A DNA stretch of 60,424 nt, counting the filler, from Gonapodya sp. JEL0774 (Eukaryota), in NCBI GenBank assembly GCA_027604505.1. It is 12 parts of 12 records of this genome, joined end to end, with 100 filler letters (N's around TTAATTAATTAA, not from the genome) between each part and the next. Parts side by side here need not be neighbours in the genome. Positions count along the whole stretch, not along the records: positions 35,365 to 40,299 come from JADIIX010000818.1; positions 40,400 to 45,334 come from JADIIX010000819.1; positions 45,435 to 50,367 come from JADIIX010000820.1; 9 more parts are not named here. One strand, written 5' to 3'. How positions within the stretch are numbered: the first letter of the stretch is position 1; every line of letters begins with the position of its first letter. Both the position numbers and the translations under genes were made by a program. The notes beneath the pieces were generated by a model that was not told the origin of the DNA, made no database searches, and was given only the letters and a program-made list of their open reading frames with translations. Below, piece by piece: positions 35,365-47,872 of this stretch.

Positions 35365-37477
35365 AGAGAGCGCATTACGTTCTGTACATGTACGGGAAAC
35401 CACAGTGGTGACAATATTGCGAGCACAACCTTCAATTGCACAAACTCACATATCCATATGTGAGAAGACCAATATCAATTGCCACTCCACAAAAGGCGAG
35501 AATCCAGGTATCAACGCCAACACTTTTACCCAGTCGGACGCAATGACCCCCTTGGGACCAGATCAGATAGATGAGCGAGAGTGGGCCAGTTGCATTTGCG
35601 ACATCATTGGAGCCATGAGCAAAAGAGGCAAATGTGCATGTGAAGACTTGAAGGAATGAGTAGAGTTCCTGGGATTTGCAGTGCCAATTGAAAGGTGAGT
35701 GTGTTGTGAAGTGACATGGCCGTTTGATATTGTGGACATCAAAAGCACACCTCAGCCCTAGAATCGTATCGCACGGCCTCATCGTGCAGGTCTTGATATC
35801 GGTCGGCATCATGATTCGCAACTTCAACCTCCGTTCCGTGAACAAAAACAGCAGCCGCTTTGCCCCAAACCGTTCTTCGCTGTGCCATGGAATCCCATAC
35901 TGTTTCGGGGACAGCTGATCGAGATACTTCGGCTGATTCGAGTTTGTCTCGATCGTCCATTGCGAATGCGGCAGCTCGCTCGGCACGCATGCGCTCACCA
36001 CCCCACGGTGTAAGAGCCGACTTTCTGGGCGGTTGCTTCCCAACAAATGGCGTTATTGGAATGTGCCCTGGTGTGAAAGAAATGGATCGAGTTCTCTCGT
36101 AATGAACCGGCATGTTTTGTGCAGTTGCAGCGTTCGAACCACAATTACCCACAAATCTTCAAATCTTCTTCATCAAGAAGGACTCGACGGAGCCACTGCA
36201 TGGAGTGGAATATTGACAACATCACCAGCGCAGGTTTTGTATGACGCATAACTCACTGGAGCATAGCAGCACCAAGCGAAGAGGGCACAGGACAGGGCCG
36301 CAACAAAAACTCCCACAAAAAATCCAATCTGCTGGCCCCTTGGCATATCAGAGGGCTAATGAAGTGGGATAGACAGTTAGTTCAATCGGTTCCACGGCGC
36401 GCATAAGGCGTCCGACGACTTGAGTTTGCTTTACCTGGGGCAGACTTCCCACTCCCTTGAGCTGCACGAACAAGGAAAATCAAAATGAGCCACTACCCTA
36501 GCTACGGTGCCAACTGCGCTCACCAAAATGAAGAATAAATTTACTCCAACAGTCTAAGACGATGGAAGCAGGTGAATGTAAGCACCCTCTCCAAAAAGCC
36601 TCCTCTTCCATTCGTCAGGGGAAATGACAGATCAACTCACGACAAAGAAGAAAATGGGCAGCGTAAGAAGTCCTGTCTCGAATGGGTTCCTCGCTAACAT
36701 AACACCGTACTTGATTGCTAGGTAGATAAGGGACGCAAGAATACCTGCGACGGCAGGAGAGGTGAACCAAGATGCGACAATTTTCGAGACTCCATCCCAC
36801 TGAAGAACATTGGAAAGCGTTGTTCACAAACAAATAGAAGTCATCACTCATCACGTTCCACTCACGCCCCAGTAGACAGAACTCGTGCCAAACGTGGCAA
36901 TTCCTACTCCGATTCTGAAATTGTGCAGTATCTGTGAGCAAACGATGCGAGTTAAGGGTCCTGGTAGCTGGTACGAATCACCCACATTGCCCCAACAATA
37001 GAGTGAGTCGTGGACACGGGCATTCCGTGGTAAGTTGCCAGTAGGATCCACGACGATGAACCGATCAGAGCACACCACATGCCAAGCATGAGGACCTCGG
37101 GTTGTGATTTGAAGTTGTCCAGGATGAGAATGTTGTTGCGAACGGTCTCCGCGGTTGACTTGCCCAGAAGAACGGCGCCAAGAAGTTCAGCAACTGCATT
37201 GGCTTATGTTAGTTTGGTTCCGATAATTCTGATACGGCGCTTTCCTCACAAGTGGCGATAAGGCACGCTGTCCTGAGGGTGATTGTTTTCGACGCGACAG
37301 AGGTCGCGAACGAGTTGGCCACGTCGTTGGCTCCGACTCCGTATCCGTCAATAAATGCCTGAAGTAGTCCCACGACAAACCTGCGAAGAAAAGGTGGATC
37401 GATGCCTAGAGTTGAGTACCAGTTCCCAGTCCGCATGCAGTGAGTACCCACAGCCACGTGTAGTCATAAGCCCCCAT
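35365..37477 (-). CDS. PHO89: PiT-family Na+/phosphate symporter (3' truncated)
   Basis: MGAYDYTWL|FVVGLLQAFIDGYGVGANDVANSFATSVAS; GMPVSTTHSIVGA; IVASWFTSP; second signature FASFAHGSNDVANATGP. Confidence 0.93.
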
Positions 37478-39130
37478 ATTCGAAGCATTAGGAGGCTGAC
37501 CGTCGGGACAAGGCTGAGAAAGTAGACAGAGTGGCAAACAGGGTTGAGGATCGATGTCGTAAACGAGTTCGCCGATCGTTCAAATTCAAAATCACCCAAA
37601 GAGTTGACAGCCATGCTGGAAACTCACTTTTCCAGTAGCAGAGGACATGGTTGTTAAAAAGCAAGTGGGAATACGATCGCGCTGTATACGCTACAATGGA
37701 CGTGTTGGATTGTCCGAGAGTCGGGATGGCTGCCGTCCCTGAATAAATGTTATCTGAGCCTTTCCAGTGGCTGCGGGCACCAGTTCAATTCTGAGATGCG
37801 TGGAGCTCGATCTCCTGGGCGAAGGGGTGTCTGTCGATTGTCAAACCTTGTCAATTCAATCTGCATGAGAATGACCGACTGTGCACGTGCTGCCAAGTCT
37901 ATCGCCATGTCCAAGCAGCGGAATTCGAAATGGACCAGCAGATTTCTTTTTGTAGTTCATCACTTGGAGCAAACGCAGAGAGAGGAGTCTGCATTCCCCG
38001 TCGTTCCCGTTGTACCCGTTGTGAGTGTCAATCGCACCAGGATCTCATACTACTGGGCATAAACTAGAAGGTACTCGTCATTACAGTTTGTCGTAGCGCG
38101 TGATGGAGATACTTTCATGCGAGTGAAACCCTGATCCGTAATTTGTATACTGATGAGTTCCGGCCGTGCACTGTATTACTGAAATTTTCCAAGTCGTGAC
38201 TCAGCCCACCGAAGTTTTCTTGCCAGCTCAGGCAGAGAGCACTTGCATTGTGTTGCCTGAAGATGAGCCGTCCGCTGTGGCTTCATTTCATGATCACCAG
38301 CTCCTTTCGCCGGGGGAAACGGTGAGCGAAACTAGTAGAGTGATGGACATAGGATTCAGCAAGAAACTATATATTTTCAGTTCATGCATTTGAGAAGCTG
38401 CAGGAGGTTCCCCAGCTGTGCCGTTAACGTTAAAAAGTCAACCTCTGATCCTCTTGTACATGGCCCAGCACAAGCTGGAATTGGTCTGATCGCTCTATGA
38501 TAAATAGTGAAACGACACACGTCAGAGCAGCGAGGTCATTCCTGTATCGTGAATCACTATGGGAGACATCTCGCTTCGGCTGAACATTTTGTTTCAGTTA
38601 GGGACCTTCTCCCACGTCACTGGGTCGATTATCCAAGATGCCGCAACTGGATGAAATGTGAACGTGCATTCAGGTTCAAAAGTCATGCTGTTTATTGTCG
38701 GCGAGTCTGTATGTAGAATATGTGACAAGATGTTCAGACCAACAGCGGCAGTGAGGAGCGCCCTGAGTTTTGCCCTGCACACCAAGCCGCAGGGATGGGA
38801 AGGTTCGACCGCCACCCACGTGATGCTTCGCTCTGACACACCATGCGAGATGGAGGACTTACACTTATCGTGCTGCAGTGCATTCAATCCGGATTCAAGA
38901 GCCTGTGGTTGACATGGCCCGGATGAACTTTCAGTCGCTGTTCCCCAAAGGGACCGCTTGGCGGCCCAATGCCCCCCGCTTCATACCTGACGTGTCGAAC
39001 TGCAGGTTTTCTTTGGACAGGACCCTAGAGCAACCTCCTGCCTGTCGGATTCCAATGCCTTCATAAAGCCGAACGACTGGGACTTGCGATGCCCGCCGCA
39101 GAAGCAAAACGACTGTTGCTCACCTCTCTC

Positions 39131-40299
39131 ATGTTTCTCTTTGCTGCGAAAAAGTCTGTTCTGCGCGATATCCTCTGCAGTCTCGTCGCTCTATGTTTGG
39201 CAGCTCAGGGTGCTGTAGCACAAACTCCCATCAAAGTCACTTCATACTCTTATGACGGCAAAACTCTCTCTGGCAAGATAACTCTCTACAATTACGCATA
39301 TGCTAAAGTGAGTTTCATCACCGGAACTGCCCTAAACCAATGCAACTTGCAATGACATCGTATCTTTTCAATGTTTGTCGACGCTTACTTCGTTTTTATC
39401 AAATCCCAATTCCTTTCACCTCGTCATTCCCACTACATCTATACTTTTCAAGACCGTAACCATCAATTACGCTGATCTGGCAGCATCCTGGAGCTACTCG
39501 TGTGCCGCGACGTATTCAACGGGACCCGATTCCAGCAACTACGAGTACTGGGTCTTCGGGTGCTCAATTGGATCTGCGGGAATATCTCAATTCTATGCAA
39601 CAGTGAGGTCCACTTGTGTGAAGTTCGGGTGTATGATCGTTCAAATGCGATAGCATTCGTTTATTTTCCGTTCACGGTAATATTGATTGATATGTGTCCT
39701 CTCCAAATCCCAGTACGTGGCAGCTGGTACCACCTATTACGACAATAATGGAGGATATGGTGTGAACTACAAGGTCACTCAACCCACCGCAACCACGACT
39801 GTAAAGCCTGTCACCACCACAATTACAACGAATGTCATTGGGACCACCACCGCCAATACTCCGAGGACCACGACAACAATTTTGCCGGGCACTAAACCGG
39901 TGGCCTTTAGCTCGGATATCTCAAATTGGCTCGCCGTTGCTGTTACACAGGCACAGGTAAGTTGGCAGATCCTCAAGCCAGATGAACCGTGAAAATGAAT
40001 ATAAACAACGTACCACTTCTGCATCGGATAACAGTCCTACCTCCTCGCCAACATTCATCCTTCTGGTACTCTCGCCGGCGTCGTCGTTGCCGCACCTAAG
40101 GTCCAACCGTCTTCGCAAAACTACTTCTTCCACTGGATCCGCGACGCATCCCTTGTTATGGATGGTGAGTGAAATCCATAGAATATTTTTCATCCGAAAC
40201 TCCTCATGAGACAATTTCTCATGAAATTCTATCAGTTGTTCGGCAATGGTACGAGACCACTCAGAGCTCAATTTACCAGCAACTTTTCTTCGACCACCG
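39131..40299 (+). CDS. Glucoamylase: signal peptide + CBM21 + Thr-rich linker + GH15 (3' truncated)
   Basis: SYSYDGKTLSGKITLYNYAYAK...NYEYW...SQFY...YYDNNGG..NY (Rhizopus-type CBM21), Thr-rich linker, then GVVVAAP...NYFFHWIRDASLVM (GH15). Alternative in-frame ATG at 39089. Confidence 0.93.
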
Positions 40300-40867
40300 N
40301 NNNNNNNNNNNNNNNNNNNNNNNNNNNNNNNNNNNNNNNNNNNTTAATTAATTAANNNNNNNNNNNNNNNNNNNNNNNNNNNNNNNNNNNNNNNNNNNNA
40401 GAAGAGGCAACCCCAAACTGCGCCCTGTGGCAGAGATGCACGTGGACTGGCCAATCAGAAACACCAGTGCGCGGGCGAATAATTATTAGAATTCCAAGAT
40501 TTGGTGTTTCTGATTGATTGGGCAGTCCACGTGCATCCCGGTAAAGATACACTGGCTGTGCCGGGGAAGTTTGAGTCGGATTGGTTTCGGTTGACCTGAG
40601 TACTACAGCCCGTCCGGGAGGGCGCTCGTTTCGCAAAACATCAGAATTAAACTGCGAAATTGGCTAATTATTTTTTGTTGTGGCAAAATTGGTGTTCCGG
40701 TGAGATCGTATTACACCAATGAGGGGGACCCAGACAGAGAATGCTGTGGTGTGTTGGAGATGGAGCCGCAAGGGAAACACGGCCACCAATCGCCATCAGA
40801 ATGAAGTCCACTGAAAAATTATGTCGACTACCGATGGAGCTGATATCGATTTGCCCACTGAACGTGA

Positions 40868-41880
40868 GGAAGTCGGCGTTCGTTTCAGTCCGAACGGGAT
40901 TTTGATTGGTGGTCGCAATATTTTACGGAACAACTTCTCTACCACCTCACGCCCATTCAACCGCTCGAAATCGTTCAGCGGGTTGCTGAACTCTCTGAAA
41001 CGGGCGATCTGCAAACCCTTCTTGATTTTTGCCGACATCTGCGGGCCTCAGTCGTCGACGAATCCTTCAACTCCTTCGACGGTCTGTCGCGCCGTCGCAT
41101 TTTCAACTTCATCGCAGCATCGTCCCTTCCTCGCATTCTTATCTGTCGCATCCTTAAACCCGACCCGGAGGGAGTAGGGCTTAGCGTCGGTGGTCAAGTC
41201 CTTTTGGAACTTTTCAGAGGCAAGGCTGCGCGCAGGGTTCTACTTCCCGACACGCATGGACATCTCCTTTTTCTGCTTCGGGTTGGAGTCCTTCATCGGG
41301 AGGCAGTTGGCTCCGAACAAACTGTAGCAGTTGATAAGTAGTACGGAAGCGCCTGCTCCTTCACAAGTCTCACTTGCACCAAGGATCGTATTTTTACGCG
41401 AGCTTCTTTGCACGTGTTTGTTCTCTATGATGCTTGATGACTGGCGTGCGTTCCTGCAATTTATAGCTCGAGATTCTGAACTTTGGGAACAGATTAAGAA
41501 CCCAACATTCACTGAGAGTCTCGACTTCATGGAGCATTATCCCGACGAAGATCATGCATCGCTTATCGTGAGAATATGGCACCATTTAATGGTGTTGATG
41601 GAGGACTCCAGACAGCCAGACTCTCGAGAAGTTTTCAAAAGAAAGTTGCTCCAACCGCCGACCATACGGCTTCCTGATTTCAGCTGGCAATGCTCACGTC
41701 ATGAGTGCCCAAAGAACAATGTGCTGGTCGATGGTGATGAGTCGGAGCGTGAAAAGTACCTGTTGGGTCTCAAGTCTTGCGCGCAGCGCCGGAAGGGTGT
41801 GGTACTGCTCCCCGGAATGCCAGAAACAGGACTGGGCTGTCGCGCATAAGAAAGTTTGCAAGCTTTTCATGGAGGCATGA
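40868..41880 (+). pseudogene. MYND zinc-finger protein gene with frameshifts (probable pseudogene)
   Basis: Open frame ~40868-41341, then a different frame 41331-41795 with CSRHEC...LKSCAQRRK. After an extra G (GGG 41795-41797) it continues VWYCSPECQKQDWAVAHKKVCKLFMEA*. Confidence 0.75.
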
Positions 41881-41979
41881 TATGGAGTGGTGAGTGTAGT
41901 AGTTGTCATGACCTCTTTCTTGGCCTGCAAACGTGTAATGCGGTAGCACTTGCTTAATAAACATACCGAATCAAAACGA

Positions 41980-42991
41980 ATGGCGAAAGACGCAAAATCC
42001 GATACAGCAGTAAGTCTTGTCAAATATATATCTAGCATCGCCCATCCGTCCCCGATTTCAATCCACCACTGCCGTCGCGATCGCGCCAAGACTGCCACCA
42101 AACGACCGCCGACCGAGCTCCCGCTCCCGGGATCCCTGTCGAAACTGACATCGCTCATCGACGATCAAGGGAAGCCAGTGAGCAAGAAGGATGTGCTCTC
42201 GCTCGGGTTGAGACTTGTGGGACTGTATTTCAGTGCGGAATGGTGTCCGCCCTGTCGGGCGTTCTCTCCGGTGAGTTTGTCTCTATGTCTTCCTTCTCTA
42301 GTATTGGAGTTAGAGAATCACACATACGCCTTCAATCGATGGCCGCCCGATTGACCCGCAATGACACAATGACACGGCCAATCCAGTCGCTCTCCGACTT
42401 CCTCAAGGAACACAAGGACGAGTTCTCCATCGTGTACGTCTCTTCAGACAACAACAAGGAGCAAATGATGGGCAACATAAAGGGAAAGGGATATTGGGCT
42501 GTTCCGTACGAAGGTTTGGCCCCCAGTCTAGCTGATTCTCCTTTCTCGCTCTTGTCCTCAACTCCATCTCAACCCTCTCAAACCCCACTTTCCCTACCGC
42601 ACCCTCCCAGACTCCACCCTTCGCACCTCCCTCTCTCGAGACCATAGCATTATCGGCATCCCCACACTGGTCATCGTGGATGGCACGACTGGCGAGGTCA
42701 TCTCCAATCGAGGGAAAGCTGCCATACAGCAGGATAAGAACAAGGCGTGGGAGGTGTGTACGTTTGACCGTAATGGGCCAGCTGCCGTCGCCGAGTTTAA
42801 AACCACCCCTCGAAATTCAAATGACGAGCAAACTGATGTTTTTTTTGTCTCAGGAATGGAAACAAGGGACCTGCTCGGTCGAGAAAGGCGACGGCATGCG
42901 ACTTGGAGGCATCATGGACGCCGTTGTGGGGATCGTCATGCAGGTCGTGCAATGGGGCGTCATTTACTGGATTTTGAAACAGATTTTGTGA
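41980..42991 (+). CDS. Nucleoredoxin/tryparedoxin-like thioredoxin with C-terminal hydrophobic tail
   Basis: LVGLYFSAEWCPPCRAFSP; FSIVYVSSD; YWAVPY; GIPTLVIVD...GEVISNRG. Ends in MDAVVGIVMQVVQWGVIYWILKQIL*. Confidence 0.92.
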
Positions 42992-43547
42992 GTAAGGCGG
43001 TCGTGTGTGGATGGACGTGGTGATGGAGAGCAACACTCGTTTCTCCTGCGATGATCTGGCCACACATACCAATCCCCGTACCAACCCAACCTGTATACTC
43101 CCACCCACGAAGCCCTAAATCCTTTGAAAACGACAAAACCTTCGAAATCCTCTACAACACCTTCGTGGCACCGTTTACGGGCGCCAGGATAGAAACACCA
43201 GCACCAGTAGCGGTGGCCAGTGGGAGTGGCACGGGAAGTGCGAGTGAGGAGCTGTGAAACCGACCAGGGCCCGTAAAAGGGCGGAGATGGACGAAAGACG
43301 GCGTGCTTGTTATACCACACATGCTTGTCTTCGAGATACATAACTTTTTTGCATTTATACGAATGAAGTGAGGAGATAATGGATGCCTGCCGGCTGCCTC
43401 CATAGTTGAACGGGACAGGGCGCCCCGCGCTCACCGGTAGATGGTTCAGCTCCCCTCACTTGATCGAGCTGACTACCTCCCCGCATTTTCCAAGCACGTT
43501 CGAACCAAATCATTCGACCTTCACTTTTCCTTCCTCCACGCGCTCCG

Positions 43548-44910
43548 ATGCCGCTCTTATCCACGCCGATCACGTTCCTCTCAAACATTTACTCCACCAC
43601 CGCATCGTTCTGGACTTCGCTCTCCAACAGTGCATTGGAGAAGCTGAGCGCTCATGTGGGACCCACACTGGCAGCATACATCGTTCATGTCGGTGCAGTT
43701 CAGACTGTGTATCATGTGAGTGGAGTTCCGACCACCGTCATGATCGTATGCCGACCAGCGTTGATCGGCGGAACGTTCTCGGTGACAAGTCATTGTTCTG
43801 GCCGGTGGTGAGTTCTGCCTGAATACGTTTGATCCCCGACGTGGTGATTCCGGCGCTGAACCAAGTTCCTGCAACAATACATCTGGAAACGTCTCAATGT
43901 CCACTCGAAATCCCAGTTTCTAAGCCTCCGTTACATCGACAAACACCGCCTTCTGCAAAAATACAAAATCCGACCCAATGAATGGGAAGATCCTGCAAAA
44001 TTCGATGAAGTCTGGGCGGGCGTTGCCTCCTGGTCGAACCCCTGGAATCTGTTCCGAAATCAGACTTGGGCGTATTTCTTATTCTTCAGCGGGAGGGAGA
44101 GGTGAGCATTTGCACTTGTGGAGTATCGGGGACATGATTATCTATTTCATCCACCAATGCCGATTGTTATAGCATCACAGCAACTCCGTCGTTCGGCCGA
44201 CTCCTTCAAAACCTCGCCCTGGGATATCTCATCAACGATGCTGGACACTATGTGTGGCACCGGTCCATGTGCGTGGTGTCGCATGCATTCGATTGCTTCT
44301 CTGTTTATGTAAATGAATCGTCCACTCACAGGCACACGATTCCAAACCTCTACAAAACCGTCCACAAAGTGCATCACGAATTTCGTGTCACCAACGTAGG
44401 TGCGGCTCAGTGGGATCATTGGATTGAGACGACTGGATTGATTGTCCACTCAAGCGTGAGTTCGTCGCGCTCCGTCGTTGCACATGTTCCGTGACCTACT
44501 GAGTGTTCATTGTCAGCTTGGCGCCATTCTCACCGGCATGACTCTCTTCGATTACTTGTTCTATTTCCCTTTCATTTTTGTGTACACTGACATGGTGAGC
44601 AACTGTTTGAGCCGGTCGTTGCACCGACATCGTCCCTCAAAAATGTCGTTCTTCCCAGCACATCCACTGCGGGTACCGATTCCCCTACAATCCTCTCAAC
44701 CTCGTCAACCCACCCGAGTTCCACGACTGGCACCACTACGCCAATATTGGTAACTACGGCATGGGAACGCCGTTTTGGGACTGGGTGTTCGGAACTGACC
44801 GGTGGTACAGGGAGAGTTCAAGGAAGCGGAAAGGCGGGAAGGGTACTGATGGTGAACCGGAAGTGGATGGGACAGAGAAAGCAGGGTTCGTGGTCGCCGC
44901 TTCGGGATGA
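43548..44910 (+). CDS. Sterol desaturase/fatty acid hydroxylase family (ERG25/C-4 methylsterol oxidase-like)
   Basis: LQKYKI; spliced His boxes HYVWHRSMH, HKVHH, HCGYRFP, FHDWHH; NYG...FWDWVFGTD. Confidence 0.9.
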
Positions 44911-45130
44911 TCAACGGTCAATACGGGCGATGTAAAGGCTACATTTTAGAAGAATATACTCGCTTCACTTCTTGTAAGTATTAAAATCTAGAAATAAACA
45001 CTCAACTACACATCAAAATCCGGCCGCGGGAAATATGAGGAAATATGAGGGGGTGGAGTGTTCATTCAATGTGATGAAATTCCAGGGATCGAGGTCGGGT
45101 ACCCTTTATTCATCCGATCCCCCGAAACCA

Positions 45131-45334
45131 ATGTCCAGCCCTCCGAAACCTGACGGCGTTGTATGTGATGGCGACGTGTGCTACCCTCCTGGCATGGCCC
45201 CTTCCCACCTCACCGCCAAAACTCAAACGTCATCCGTGCCCTCCGAACCGTCGAACGAGCTGATGGGGCCCCTAGCATCGCTGAATGCCCTTGTGGACGA
45301 TCGAGGGAAGCCGTTGAAGGAGAAGGATATCCTG
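45131..45334 (+). CDS. Second nucleoredoxin-like paralog (5' fragment)
   Basis: LMGPLASLNALVDDRGKPLKEKDIL aligns with LPGSLSKLTSLIDDQGKPVSKKDVL of the 41980 gene. The contig ends before the expected WCxxC. Confidence 0.75.
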
Positions 45335-45434
45335 NNNNNNNNNNNNNNNNNNNNNNNNNNNNNNNNNNNNNNNNNNNNTTAATTAATTAANNNNNNNNNN
45401 NNNNNNNNNNNNNNNNNNNNNNNNNNNNNNNNNN

Positions 45435-47178
45435 AAGAAGACATTCAGGACCTGACCGCCGGTGTAGTCGCCGCTTTCAATAAGAGTAGATCCGTACCTG
45501 AACGATTTAGGCATAATAAGTAATGTCTCCGGGTCAAAAAAGGCTCTTCGTCGGAGCGGGGCAGGCAGCGGGGCAGGCCAACAGGGTCAGCACTCACCAA
45601 AACCCAAATCCATAGGTGGAAAACATGACAAAGAACATTGTACCGAGGCCAAGTCCTGTCACGATTCCGATTTGTAGTCCCCAATCGTAAGCGACCTTGA
45701 CTTTTTGCTCATATCGTTGAATATTGCGGTGCTCTCCACCGAAAGCGGCAACCGTTCTAATGTTGGATATCGACTGCTCAGCCACCGCACCGGCTGCAGC
45801 GTATGCGTCTTGCTGAGATTTGGTGCGTTTGGACAGATTGATTCCCACTATTCAAATGGTCAACCCTGATGAGCTTAAGAACTGGACGGTTCTGTGCAAT
45901 GAAATTTACAAACTCACTGAAGGTGCCGACCATGAGCATGAGAGGAAGCAAACAAGTGATCACGAGAGACATCTTCCAACCTGAAATCGGGGAAATTCCA
46001 GATAATACACAAAAGAACACCACGACCCACTAATGGAGCAGGAAGATCTTACCTCTTGTGTACGCGATGAGCACTCCGGCCACAAACTGTGCGGAGCACT
46101 GCACTACAACTCCTAGCTTCTCTGCCATTCCGTCTTTGATGAGCGATGTGTCACTCTGTAAGCGATTGGTGAGGTCACCGGTGTGGTTTCCAGATTCGAA
46201 CCAGCCAATATCTTGTCGAAGTATGGCACGGAAGTAGGTGTCACGCATTGTCTTGAGTTGGTGTTCCGCGGAAAGTAGAAGCACTAAGAAACGGTGGTGG
46301 GGAGTGGTTCATCCAATGACGTAGAGGAATATTCTGAGCCTGACTTGTGGCGATGGAAGAACTCACTGGTGTATTGAAGGTATCCAGAAAAAAAGCAGGC
46401 CACTCCGACACCAAGAAAAATGAGAAGAGCTTCATGCACTGTGATGCACCACGAATACGTTCATGAGGAGAAGTGTTCCGAATATCGAAAGTTGTGATGT
46501 AAAACTATCCAAAATCACCTGTGTCATCAAAATACTTTCGTGAACCAATTTGTCCTGGAGGAACAAGGTCGGCATAATTGGGGTTGTAAGTAATGAATGC
46601 TTGAACCACATTCGACACTGATGAGGTGATGAGGGTGGTGAACTTGGTTAATAGAATGCCACCACTATGGAATGTTATCAATGAACAGCTGTCACTTTTG
46701 GCTGGCTATCTTTGTCTACATTTCATTGCTGAATGGCGCCTTCGAGACTCCCTCCCAGACGGATTCAAACAGTATCGCATAGCAACTTACTCGGAATTGT
46801 CATAACTGGCTGCATAGCTCCATTCGCTGCGGCCGAAATGATTCCGACAAACACCTGAAGTTGTTAAAGAAGTGCCGATAGGATGGATAATGAGTCAGCC
46901 GCTCTGGAGTGCACTCGCCAAAGAAACAAAGTATGCACCATGAACATGTCCATTTTCGTGGCAAATCTAAACAGCGCGAAGAAGCTAATGGTCGGTTCCT
47001 TCGGCTTCGCATCTGCTGGAGGTTTTCTCTTAAACTTGTCCCAAAACGAAGGCCCAGCGGGCTCCCGCGAAGTTTCATCGGTCAGGGGCTCCTTCTCGTC
47101 AGGGGTGGAACCTTCAACCAGTTTCATAGGAATGCTGTCACCGGGAGTTATCGGGCTCGCGGGTTCCTGGGTCGCCAT
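45435..47178 (-). CDS. ABCB (MDR1/P-glycoprotein) transporter, N-terminal TMD (3' truncated)
   Basis: ISFFALFRFATKMD; YFRAILRQDIGWFE; LTNRLQSDTSLIKDGMAEKLG; GWKMSLVI; AYAAAGAVAEQSISNIRTVAAFGGE. Confidence 0.95.
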
Positions 47179-47872
47179 TGTCGCTCGGAGAGCCTGATCG
47201 GAAGTGGAAAGAGTCCGCCTCCAATTGTAAACGAGTAGCGGAAAGTGATTTCCCTGGAAGGAAAATTGATTTGCTGCGCAGAATAGACACGAGACGAATA
47301 ATTGTCAAGTGGCGCTGCTGCGCAAGTGAAACGTGTTGTAGGTGGTGAAGGGACACCGCGGAGTCAATACGGCTAAAACTCGTTTTACCGCAAGGTGCAA
47401 CGCCCTCACCAAGTTCCCTCCTTGGTTGGTGTGCAATACTATGTATTATATTCGGTTGGAGACATGAAGATTCTTCGAAGCAATAAATAATAATTGATTT
47501 GTTCGGATCGGATAATTTTAGGACCTTTGCATTTATCCGACTTGCTGCGCGCTTGCGGAACATCGGCAGATTATGCTGAAGGCCGCATGCTGACAGGCAG
47601 CACCAGCGTTCGTCCTGCGTCCTGGGATGGTGGGTCACCTGCCCACTGCATCAAATATTCTCTCCAGTCTGGTCGGTTTTACAAAATGAGGAGCACCATC
47701 ACTCATCTGGCGCGCGGACGTACACGCCGGACGGGCAGCAGTACAATCCACTTGAGCTGAAAATTCGATCTCATACAGAGAAGCTTACGATGCGTTCCCG
47801 AAATTGTAGTTGGAAACCATCAAGTACATTGAGTCATGCTACATAATGTGTGAGCTCAAGAACATTGTGTGG

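Noticed and set aside
38140..38190. CTGATGA...GAAA resembling a hammerhead ribozyme core
   Set aside because: Stem II does not pair and no stems I/III are evident.
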